Of a stretch of DNA of 64,000 nucleotides, positions 39,363-47,632 are shown one piece after another. The notes below the pieces were generated by a model, which saw only the letters and a list, made by a program, of their open reading frames with translations, did not search any database and was not told where the DNA came from. The stretch comes from an uncultured Acidobacteriota bacterium (GTDB lineage Bacteria > Acidobacteriota > Vicinamibacteria > Vicinamibacterales > 2-12-FULL-66-21). The position numbers and the translations under genes are program-made. Each line of letters starts with the position of its first letter. Position 1 is the stretch's first letter. The DNA lies in NCBI GenBank assembly GCA_963742265.1, contig CAVULC010000002.1, positions 243,016 through 307,015 of the forward strand, read 5' to 3'.

Positions 39363-40121
39363 TTATCGACGAGCGGCCTCTGAAATATTCTTCAGCCCCT
39401 CGACATGCGCCATCGCGTCGTACCCGGTGAGGTCAGGCTGCAGCGGCGTGATCGACAGGTAACCGTCCTTCACCGCCTGGAAGTCCGACCGGTCGTGCGG
39501 CTCCCAGTTGTTCTCCCCTTCTTCGATCCAGTAGTACGACTTCCCTCTTGGATCGGTGCGTTCGGACACGACGGTGACGTGATTGCGCTTGCCCTGGACG
39601 GTCACTTTCATCCCGAGCGGCTCGCCGGTCGGAACATTCACGCTGAGGAACGTTCGCGGCGGCAACCCGCGCTCGAGCACGGCCGCTGCCAGCGTCGCGG
39701 TCATACGCGCCGACGGAACGAAGTCGTAGGTGCCCGGCGCGCGCTCCAGCGACACCGCGATCGACGGCACCCCGAGCAGCGCTCCCTCGAGTGCGCCCGA
39801 CACCGTCCCTGAATACGTCACATCGTCGCCGAGGTTGTAGCCTTTGTTGATCCCCGAAACGATGAGGTCCGGAGGCGTGTCGTAGAGCTGCGTGTAGGCC
39901 AGGTTGACGCAGTCGGTCGGCGTGCCGTCGACCTCGTACACGCCCTCACGCAGCTTCTCCATGCGCAGCGGACGACGCAGCGTCAGCGCGTGACCGATCG
40001 CGCTCGCTTCGACGTGCGGCGCAACGATGATGACGTCGCCGAGTCGCTGCAGCGCTTTGGCGAGCGTGTGGATCCCGTCCGAATGGACCCCATCGTCATT
40101 TGTTACGAGAATTCTGTTCAT
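39363..40121 (-). CDS. surE: 5'/3'-nucleotidase SurE
   Basis: MNRILVTNDDGVHSDGIHTLAKAL..SGINKGYNLGDDVTYSGTVSGALEG. Start taken at the internal MNRIL rather than the ORF-track start at 40190. Confidence 0.9.
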   Translation of the reverse strand: MNRILVTNDDGVHSDGIHTLAKALQRLGDVIIVAPHVEASAIGHALTLRRPLRMEKLREGVYEVDGTPTDCVNLAYTQLYDTPPDLIVSGINKGYNLGDDVTYSGTVSGALEGALLGVPSIAVSLERAPGTYDFVPSARMTATLAAAVLERGLPPRTFLSVNVPTGEPLGMKVTVQGKRNHVTVVSERTDPRGKSYYWIEEGENNWEPHDRSDFQAVKDGYLSITPLQPDLTGYDAMAHVEGLKNISEAARR

Positions 40122-41307
40122 CGGGAAACACGAAGTATAGCAGCAGCGTTGCGACGCCTGCGAGGGCAGCGCCGGTGTAGAACGCTGCATGCGGTGAGAC
40201 GCGCGTCCAGATGAGGCCGAACAGCACGCTGGCGAGCAGCGCCCCCACGCCGAGGACGGCGTTGTAGTACCCGAAGGCCGTTCCTCGCCGCTCGGGCGTC
40301 GCCAGATCCGCGATCCACGCCTTCTCCACTCCCTCGGTCAGCCCGAAGTAGATCCCGTAGCTCAGAAACACCGTGATCAGGAATGCCGGCGTGTCAGTGA
40401 CGGCGAACGCGGCGTACACGATCGCGTAGAACGTCCAGCCGATGCCAATCAGCGTGCGACGGCCGAAGCGATCGGACAGCTCACCTCCTGCTAACGACGA
40501 CACCACCTTGACCACGTGCAGTGCGGACCAGAGCAGCGGGATCCAGAAGTCCGCGATGCCAACGGCGCTCAGGCGCAACAAAAGAAAGGCATCGGAAGCA
40601 TTGCCGAGGGCGAACAGGAAGATGACGGCTAAGGCGCGAGTCAACACGGGTGCCAGGGTGCCCGGGTGCCGGGTGCCGGGGTGCTTTGGTGCCGGGGTGC
40701 TGGGCCGGGGTGACTCGGGGATTGCGAGGATGATCGCGATGACGATCGCGCCGGGGATGAGGGTCAGGGCGAAGAGCGTGCGGTACTCGCCCGGGTAGAA
40801 ATAGAGAAACAGCGCAGCGAGCAATGGACCCAGAACCGCACCGGAATGGTCCATGGCGCGGTGAAAGCCGTAGACGCGGCCGCGCTGCCCCTCGGGGGCG
40901 AAGTCGGCGAGCATGGCGTCGCGCGGTGCGCCGCGGATTCCTTTGCCGAGTCGATCGGCGAAACGGATGCCGAGGACGTGCACCCACGTCGTCGCCACAC
41001 CGATGAACGGACGCATCGACGATGAGATGCCGTACCCGATCAGGACGAGCCGTTTGGGACGTCCGGTCGAATCGGCCAGCCGTCCCGAGACGATCTTGAG
41101 CGCGCTGTTGGCCGCCTCGGCGATCCCCTCGATCACGCCGAGCGACATCGCTCCCGCCTTCAGCACTGTCGTGAGGAACAGCGGGAGGAGCGGGTAGATC
41201 ATCTCCGACGCCATGTCGGTGAACAGGCTCACCCAGCCGATGAGCCAGATGGGACGAGTCAGGCCGAACCGCGCGGAGGACGGCTGTTCTGCGAGCGGCG
41301 GGGTCAC
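40096..41307 (-). CDS. MFS transporter
   Basis: IWLIGWVSLFTDMASEMIYPLLPLFL.., SGRLADSTGRPKRLV, GELSDRFGRRTLIGIG. GTG start forms a GTGA overlap with the upstream gene's stop (41304-41307). The ORF-track entry 40096..42312 is this gene plus out-of-frame read-through. Confidence 0.8.
   Translation of the reverse strand: MTPPLAEQPSSARFGLTRPIWLIGWVSLFTDMASEMIYPLLPLFLTTVLKAGAMSLGVIEGIAEAANSALKIVSGRLADSTGRPKRLVLIGYGISSSMRPFIGVATTWVHVLGIRFADRLGKGIRGAPRDAMLADFAPEGQRGRVYGFHRAMDHSGAVLGPLLAALFLYFYPGEYRTLFALTLIPGAIVIAIILAIPESPRPSTPAPKHPGTRHPGTLAPVLTRALAVIFLFALGNASDAFLLLRLSAVGIADFWIPLLWSALHVVKVVSSLAGGELSDRFGRRTLIGIGWTFYAIVYAAFAVTDTPAFLITVFLSYGIYFGLTEGVEKAWIADLATPERRGTAFGYYNAVLGVGALLASVLFGLIWTRVSPHAAFYTGAALAGVATLLLYFVFPDEQNSRNK
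40648..40716. repeat. tandem 7-8-nt repeat array (GGGTGCC units; GGCACCC on the coding strand) inside the MFS gene
   Basis: GGGTGCCA GGGTGCCC GGGTGCC GGGTGCCG GGGTGCTTT GGTGCCG GGGTGCT GGGCCG GGGTGACTC. It is in frame (69 nt) and encodes ..ESPRPSTPAPKHPGTRHPGTLAP.. near the middle of the protein. Confidence 0.8.
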
Positions 41308-42434
41308 ACGCGCAGGAACAGCCGGCGGCGGTACATCCACGCCAGGAGTGCGTAGAGGACGACGAGGTTGGCAAGTGCGTAGAGAAGCGACGCGTTCTTC
41401 GGAGATGCGAAGGGGACGAAGAAGTGGAGATACGCCCAGCGGCTCACCGCCACATCCTTCCCGTCCTCCCCCGAGACGTGGATCAATGCCAGCGTCTTCA
41501 CGAGAAGGCCGGACGCCACGAACAATGTGATCGCATTCGATCCGAGCACGACGAATGGCTTCGTCCAGCGCGTCCAGCCCTTCACGTCGATGACCCAGTA
41601 GAGCGCGGCCAGGAGAACGGCTCCGAATCCAGCCGTGAAGATCGCGTAGGAGCTCGTCCACAGCGACTTGTTGATCGGGAACACAACCCCCCAGCACCAG
41701 CCGGCCACCAGCGCCACTGCTCCGCCGATCCCGAGGAGCCTCACCTTCTGTGCAGGCGTGACAGGTGCCGTCAGGCAGATGCCGGCGAGAATCCCAAGAA
41801 GGGTCGTGGAGATGGCCGGCACGGTGCTGAGAAGTCCCTCGGGATCCCACCTGGGCTTCCACAGGTGACCCACCATCAACGCGCGATCGAGCCACGCACC
41901 GAGATTGCCCTCCGGAGTGAGATCGCCGGCCATGCCTCCTGGCGGCGGTACCAGCATCATCACTCCCCAGTAGCCCAGCGCCAGCACCAGCGCGAGCAGT
42001 CCGATCGCGATCGCTCGACTCCGAAGTGCCGCGCTCGAATCGCTGGCCGTGCGTTCTCGAGTCGTGATCAATCGATGCACGCCTGCGGCAACCAGGTAAC
42101 AGACCGCGATACGCTGCAGCACGCCGGGGATGCGCCATCGCGCCGGATTGAAACGGGGGTACCCGGCGAGGAACAGTCCGAGTGCGAAAATCAGCGCTGC
42201 CCGCCGGCCGATGGATGCCCAGCTCGCTGATTTCTGCGACAGCGTGATCGAAACGCCGACGATGAAGAGGAAGAAGGGGAAGATGAGATCGGTCGGCGTC
42301 CAGCCGTTCCACTCAGCGTGCAGCAGCGGCCAGTAGACGGTTCCCCAGTCGCCCGGATTATTGACGATCACCATCCCGGCCATCGTCAATCCGCGGAAGA
42401 CGTCGAGGGAGATGAGGCGCGCGCGCGCAGACAT
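41304..42434 (-). CDS. heparan-alpha-glucosaminide N-acetyltransferase-like (DUF5009/DUF1624) membrane acyltransferase
   Basis: LISLDVFRGLTMAGMVIVNNPGDWGTVYWPLLHAEWNGWTPTDLIFPFFLFIVGVS plus about 10 further hydrophobic helices. Confidence 0.75.
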   Translation of the reverse strand: MSARARLISLDVFRGLTMAGMVIVNNPGDWGTVYWPLLHAEWNGWTPTDLIFPFFLFIVGVSITLSQKSASWASIGRRAALIFALGLFLAGYPRFNPARWRIPGVLQRIAVCYLVAAGVHRLITTRERTASDSSAALRSRAIAIGLLALVLALGYWGVMMLVPPPGGMAGDLTPEGNLGAWLDRALMVGHLWKPRWDPEGLLSTVPAISTTLLGILAGICLTAPVTPAQKVRLLGIGGAVALVAGWCWGVVFPINKSLWTSSYAIFTAGFGAVLLAALYWVIDVKGWTRWTKPFVVLGSNAITLFVASGLLVKTLALIHVSGEDGKDVAVSRWAYLHFFVPFASPKNASLLYALANLVVLYALLAWMYRRRLFLRV

Positions 42435-42480
42435 GAGACGCGCTCACTATATCGCTATAATCCGAACGGAACCCGATCCC

Positions 42481-43497
42481 GTGCCACACACTTTCGACGC
42501 GGTCCTGGTCGTTGCCTTCGGCGGGCCGCAGGGGCCCGATGACATCCGCCCTTTCCTCGCGAATGTATTGCGCGGCCGCCGCGTCGCCCCTTCCCGCGTC
42601 GAGGAAGTGGCGCACCACTACGAGCTGTTCGGCGGCGTGTCTCCGATCACGGAACTCACGATGCGCCAGTCGAATGCGCTCGCCGGCACTCTCGAGCAGC
42701 GGGGCCATCCGCTGCCGGTGTACGTCGGGATGCGCAACTGGCATCCCTATCTTCGCGACACGCTCGAGCAGATGGCGCGTGATGGGGTGCGCCGTGCCGT
42801 CGGCGTGATCGCCGCAGCGCACCGGAGCTACTCGAGCTGTACCCAATACCGGGAAAACGTTGCGGATGCACGCGCGGCGCTTCGAGCCGGCGGGCATGCC
42901 GGCGTCGAGATCACGTTCACCGGCGACTGGCACACGCATGCGGGTCTCGTCGAGGCGAACGCGTCGAACATCCGCGCCGCGCTCGCGCGCCTGCCGGGCG
43001 ATACCGCCGGTACTGCGCGGATCGTGTTCACCGCGCACAGCATTCCGGTGTCGATGGCGGCGCGGTATCCGTACGAACGGCAGATCCACGAGACCGCCGA
43101 TGCCGTGATGGCGCAGCTCCGCGGCGACGGGGGCGGGCACAACCTCTCGAACGCCGTTGTCTTTCAGAGCCGCAGCGGCCGGCCGGAGGATCCATGGCTC
43201 GGTCCTGACGTTTGCGACTACCTCCGCGATGCGCATCGCGAGGGCGTCTCCGCGGTCGTCCTCTCCCCCATCGGATTTCTGTGCGATCACGTCGAGGTGT
43301 TGTACGACCTCGATGTGGAGGCGATGACGGTGGCCAGGGAGATTGGTTTGCCGTGCAGCCGCGCCGCGGCGGTGAACGACCATCCGGCATTCATCCGAAC
43401 GCTGGCCGACGCCGTCATATCCGTGTGCGCGCGCTATGCCGGAGGCCGGCCGCTGCCTTTGGTGGCTTTTACATCCTTAACACCGGATCCTGCGTAG
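42481..43497 (+). CDS. hemH: ferrochelatase
   Basis: FDAVLVVAFGGPQGPDDIRPFLANVLRG.., VYVGMRNWHPYL, VLSPIGFLCDHVEVLYDLD. The start is uncertain: the GTG at 42481 is preceded by TATAAT (42456-42461), and the ATG at 42433 would overlap the divergent gene's start. Confidence 0.85.
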   Translation: MPHTFDAVLVVAFGGPQGPDDIRPFLANVLRGRRVAPSRVEEVAHHYELFGGVSPITELTMRQSNALAGTLEQRGHPLPVYVGMRNWHPYLRDTLEQMARDGVRRAVGVIAAAHRSYSSCTQYRENVADARAALRAGGHAGVEITFTGDWHTHAGLVEANASNIRAALARLPGDTAGTARIVFTAHSIPVSMAARYPYERQIHETADAVMAQLRGDGGGHNLSNAVVFQSRSGRPEDPWLGPDVCDYLRDAHREGVSAVVLSPIGFLCDHVEVLYDLDVEAMTVAREIGLPCSRAAAVNDHPAFIRTLADAVISVCARYAGGRPLPLVAFTSLTPDPA

Positions 43498-43522
43498 AAT
43501 CAGGGCCCGAGGCAACACTTCC

Positions 43523-45368
43523 ATGAAAACACCGACACTGATCGGCGCGGGCCTTCTCGCGCTCGCTTTCGTTCCGAGCCCGCTCTGCGCGCAGCAGGTG
43601 CAGACGCAAACCATCCAGGTCGGCGGCGCCGCGGGCGAGATGCCGATGATGCAGCTCCCCGGCATGGGGCGGCCGATGAAGACCGGCACCGGCCGCATCA
43701 AGGGCCGGGTGGTGACGACCGATACCGGCGCGCCGGTGCGGCGCGCGCAGGTCAGGATCACCGGGTCCGACGTTCCGCCCAAGATCGCGGTCACCGACAA
43801 CGACGGGCGGTACGAGTTCCGCGACCTTCCGTCCGGCAAGTACAACGTCAATGTCACGAAGTCGGGTTACGTCAGCGTTCAGTACGGTCAGACGCGTCCG
43901 TTCGAGCAGGGCAAGTCGATCGAGCTGGTCGAATCGCAACCGATGGACAAGGCGGACATCACGATGCCGCGCGGCTCGGTCATCTCCGGGCGGCTGGTCG
44001 ACGAGTTCGGCGATCCCATGCCGGACGCAACCGTAACGGCGATGCGTCAGACCTGGAGCAACGGCAAACGGCGGCTGCAGTCGGCCGGCCGTACGGCACA
44101 AACGAACGATCTCGGTCAGGTACCGCCTCTACGGGCTGCCGCCCGGCGAGTACTACATTTCAGCGACGATGCGCGGCAGCAACGAGATGATGGTGACCGA
44201 AATGGCAATTGCGGCCAGCTTCTCGGTCAACACCGGCGGTCCGCAGCCTTCCGGTTCGGAACCGCGCTCAGGATATTCGCCGACCTACTATCCCGGAACG
44301 CCCAACGGCGGTGAAGCGCAGCGCATTCCCCTCGGTGCCGGCGAGGAAAAAGGGAACGCCGATTTCGGCCTGGTGCCGGTGAAGCTGGCCAAGGTGACCG
44401 GGAGCGTGATCGGTTCTGACGGTAAGCCGGTCGAAGGCGCGATGATCAACCTGGCGCCACGCAACTCGAGCGAGATGGCGTTCCCCAATCCCTTCGGCGG
44501 ATCCCGCACCGACAAGAACGGCAACTTCACGCTCCCGAACGTCGCGCCCGGCGACTACACGCTGCGCGCGAGCGGCATGCGCGTGTTCATGACCGGCGGC
44601 GACGGGGGCGGCGACAACATGGTCTTCGCGACCCGCATCAACATGGGCGGCGGTGACGGCCAGACCGAGTTCGGGGCGGTGTCGCTGTCGGTCAACGGCG
44701 AGGATATTCCCAACGTGATGATCGTCACCTCGAAGGGCACCAGCGCCACCGGCCACGTGACCTGGGAAGGCGGATCGAAGCCGACCAATACCGCGACCGT
44801 GCGGATATCCGCGATTGCCACTGACTCTGACGGACCTGCGGCCCTCGCCGGCGGCTCCGCGGCAGTTGGTGCGGACGATGCCTTCGAGATCAAGGGCCTC
44901 GCCGGGCAGCGGCTGTTCCGCGCGACCGGCCTGCCGCCGGGATGGCTGCTGAAGTCAGTGAAGGTCAACGGGCAGGACATCACCGACACCGGCATCGAGG
45001 TGAAGCCGAACGAGCCGGTAACCGGGCTCGATGTCGTGCTCACCTCGAAGACGACCGAGATCAACGGCTCGGTGAAATCCGGAAACGACCCGGCGACGGA
45101 CTACACCGTCGTGATCTTCTCCGACGATGCCTCGAAATGGGCGGTGCCGATGACCCGCTTCATCACCGGCACACGGCCCAACCAGGACGGCCGCTTCCAG
45201 GTGAAGAACCTGCCGGCCGGCAGCTACTACGCGGTCGCGCTCGACTACATCGCGCAGGGTGAATGGAACGATCCGGACGTGCTCGAACGCCTGGTCGAAA
45301 AGGCCACGCGCTTCACGCTGGAGGAAGGCAAGGTCGAGACGCTCGACCTCAAGCTCTCCGGATCCTAG
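43523..45368 (+). CDS. secreted CarboxypepD_reg-like domain protein, paralog A (1 frame change at about 44120)
   Basis: Signal peptide MKTPTLIGAGLLALAFVPSPLCAQ. GRIKGRVVTTDTGAPVRRAQVRITG..TDNDGRYEFRDLPSGKYNVNVTKSGY, ISGRLVDEFGDPMPDATVTAM, VTGSVIGSDGKPVEGAMINL..DKNGNFTLPNVAPGDYTL. C-terminal ..LPAGSYYAVALDYIAQGEWNDPDVLERL... Confidence 0.8.
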
Positions 45369-45385
45369 ACCGACCGGGCGAGGCG

Positions 45386-46120
45386 TCAGCGCGGCTTCTC
45401 GAGCAGCGTTGCGGCCTCGTCCTCCTCCCCTTCCTCGACCGGCCCCTTCTTCCGCGCGTAGCCGTAGGCGATCGCGAAGATCACCACGATCAACCCGAAC
45501 GAGATCCACTTGTTGATGTGCCAGCCGACGTAGCCGGCGCTGTTCAGGAACTCGACCGTCAGCTTGATCGCGACCCACGCGATGATGATAAAGGCGCCGT
45601 CCACCAGCGCGGGGTAGCGCCGGACCAGCCGCAGCAGCTGGCCGATGACCAGCCGCATCGTGATGATGCCGAGAATGCCGCCGCTGATCACGACCCAGGT
45701 TTTCGGTGACATCGCCACCGCCACGAGAATCGAATCCACCGCAAACACGACGTCCGTCAGTTCGACCTTGACGACCGTCGCCCAGAACGCCGACAGGCCC
45801 AGCGCCGGCCTCGCCGGCCTGATCGCCGTGCGTGACTCCCCGTCTCCGCTGCCGAAGAAGTGATTGACCGACAGGTAGATCAGGTAGCCAGCGCCAACCA
45901 GCTTGACCCAGCCGATGCTCAGCAGGTGGACGGCGAGCAGCACCGCCAGGATCCGGAACGCGAACGCGCCGACAATGCCGTAGCGAAGCGCTTTGCGCTG
46001 CTGGCTTTTCGGCAGCCCCAGCACCAGGATCGCCAGCACCAGCGCGTTGTCGGCGCTCAGCAGCCCCTCGATGATCACGAGAAGGCCGATGGTTATGAAG
46101 TCGGTGGCGTGAACGTCCAT
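45386..46120 (-). CDS. TerC family integral membrane protein
   Basis: LLVIIEGLLSADNALVLAILV.. and the second-half repeat ..VELTDVVFAVDSILVAVAM... Confidence 0.85.
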   Translation of the reverse strand: MDVHATDFITIGLLVIIEGLLSADNALVLAILVLGLPKSQQRKALRYGIVGAFAFRILAVLLAVHLLSIGWVKLVGAGYLIYLSVNHFFGSGDGESRTAIRPARPALGLSAFWATVVKVELTDVVFAVDSILVAVAMSPKTWVVISGGILGIITMRLVIGQLLRLVRRYPALVDGAFIIIAWVAIKLTVEFLNSAGYVGWHINKWISFGLIVVIFAIAYGYARKKGPVEEGEEDEAATLLEKPR

Positions 46121-46165
46121 CGGTTGGTAATCAGCGGCCGGGCGGGCGCGACGATTCGCGCATCA

Positions 46166-46196
46166 CCTTGACACGTTACGTATCAAGGCCTATCGT
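46166..46196 (+). promoter_or_regulatory. HAIR-like (HspR-associated inverted repeat) operator overlapping a TTGACA-17-TATCGT promoter
   Basis: CCTTGACACGT-T-ACGTATCAAGG (46166-46188) is a 23-nt palindrome with one mismatch. Its core CTTGACA-N7-TATCAAG has the half-sites and spacing of the HAIR consensus CTTGAGT-N7-ACTCAAG. TTGACA at 46168-46173, TATCGT at 46191-46196. Confidence 0.65.
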
Positions 46197-46230
46197 TGAT
46201 GTGACGCAACCTTGGGCCGTCGAGGCGAAC

Positions 46231-46563
46231 ATGATTGAGCACGATCTCTACTTTATCAGCATGGCTGCGCAACTGCTGGACATGCATCCGCAGACGCTGC
46301 GCAAATACGAACGGCTTGGCCTGGTCCGGCCGACTCGCACCGTCGGCAGCATGCGGGTCTACACGCGCGAGGAGCTGGACCGGCTCAGACTGATCAAGTT
46401 CCTGGTGGATGAGGCGGGGGTCAACCTGGCCGGTGTGCAGCGGCTGCTGGAAATCGCCGAAGCCGTGCAGCGCATCCGTCCGCTGATCAAGGAAGGGCGG
46501 CCCGAGTCGCGCCGCCGGATCGCGTCCGAGCTCCAGCGCATCGCCGAGATGGCAGGGATCTGA
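46231..46563 (+). CDS. hspR: MerR-family heat-shock repressor HspR
   Basis: YFISMAAQLLDMHPQTLRKYERLGLVRPTRTVGSMRVYTREELDRLRLIKFLVDEAGVNLAGVQRLLEI. Followed by J-protein and clpB genes. Start taken at MIEHDLY, because the ORF-track start at 46168 lies inside the operator. Confidence 0.85.
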   Translation: MIEHDLYFISMAAQLLDMHPQTLRKYERLGLVRPTRTVGSMRVYTREELDRLRLIKFLVDEAGVNLAGVQRLLEIAEAVQRIRPLIKEGRPESRRRIASELQRIAEMAGI

Positions 46564-46566
46564 GGG

Positions 46567-47545
46567 ATGGACTTCAAGGACTACTACCAGACGCTCGGCG
46601 TGGCGAAGGGGGCCTCCGAAAAGGAGATCAAGCAGGCGTATCGCAAGCTCGCCCGCAAGTTTCACCCGGACGTGAATCCCGGCGACAAGGCAGCCGAGGC
46701 GAAGTTCAAGGAGATCAACGAGGCCAACGAAGTACTCGGCGATCCCGAGAAGCGCCGCAAGTACGACGAGCTCGGCGCCAACTGGCGGATGTACGAGCAG
46801 GCGCAGCAGCAGGGCTACGGCGCGGGCGGTTCGGCCAATCCATTCGGTGGCGGCGCCTGGAACATCAACACCGGGGGCGGTTCCGGCAGCTATCGCACGA
46901 TGACCGAAGAAGAGATGCAGGAGATGTTTGGAGACGAGAATCCGTTCTCCGACTTCTTCAACGCATTCTTCCGGCCCGGCGAACCGCGGGCGCGATGCCG
47001 GCCGGTCACGCGGCCGCGCGCGCACGCAAAAAGGGCGCGACATCGAGCACGAAGTGGAGCTCACGCTGGAAGAAGCGTTCCACGGCGCGACGCGCCGGAT
47101 CTCGATCAAGCAGGGTGGGCACGCGCGCACCGTCGACGTCCGAATACCGGCGGGTGTGAAGGATGGATCGCGCGTCCGCGCCGCCGGCGAAGGCGAGTCC
47201 GGCACCAATGGCGGCACCTCGGGCGACCTGTACCTGCGCGTCAAGCTGCGGCCGCACCCCATGTTCGAGCGCGACGGGAACGATCTGCGCACGCGCGTCG
47301 CTGTCCCGGTCACGACCGCGGTGCTCGGCGGCGAAGCCAACGTGCCGACGATCAACGGCTCGGTGCGGCTGAAGATTCCCGAGACGACGCAGAACGCCCA
47401 GGTGTTCAGGCTCAAGGGCCACGGCATGCCGGTGCTCGGCAAACCCGACGAGCGCGGTGACCTGTATGCCGCCGCGGAGATTCAACTCCCCCGTTCGTTG
47501 TCCAAGGAGCAACGGCGGCGGTGGGAGTCGTTGAATGAAGATTGA
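46567..47545 (+). CDS. cbpA: DnaJ-family co-chaperone, CbpA-like, no zinc finger (1 frame change at about 46975)
   Basis: J-domain [37 protein letters not shown]-terminal substrate-binding domains in fragment 46928..47545 ([47 protein letters not shown]..). Confidence 0.85.
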
Positions 47546-47630
47546 AGATTGCCGATTGGCCGATTCGCCGATTGGCAGATTGACCGATTGGCCGATTGCC
47601 GGGAGCTGACAGCTGAGAGCTGAGAGCTGG
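47537..47630. repeat. compound tandem array: about eight 7-8-nt units ending in GATT (GGCCGATT-like) followed by four AGCTGAG heptamers, filling the cbpA-clpB spacer
   Basis: GAAGATT GAAGATT GCCGATT GGCCGATT CGCCGATT GGCAGATT GACCGATT GGCCGATT gccggg AGCTGAC AGCTGAG AGCTGAG AGCTGG tt ATG. It starts inside the last cbpA codons and ends 2 nt before the clpB ATG. Confidence 0.9.
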
Positions 47631-47632
47631 TT

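Noticed and set aside
40096-42312. 738-aa ORF suggesting a giant fusion protein.
   Set aside because: Only the C-terminal roughly 400 aa (MFS transporter, GTG start at 41307) are meaningful. The N-terminal part is an out-of-frame read-through of the acyltransferase gene 41304..42434, whose own frame has clear family motifs.
46121-46165. yybP-ykoY (manganese) riboswitch, often found upstream of TerC-family genes.
   Set aside because: Only about 45-110 nt are available upstream of the TerC start, shared with the hspR promoter. I cannot find the conserved riboswitch core sequences there.
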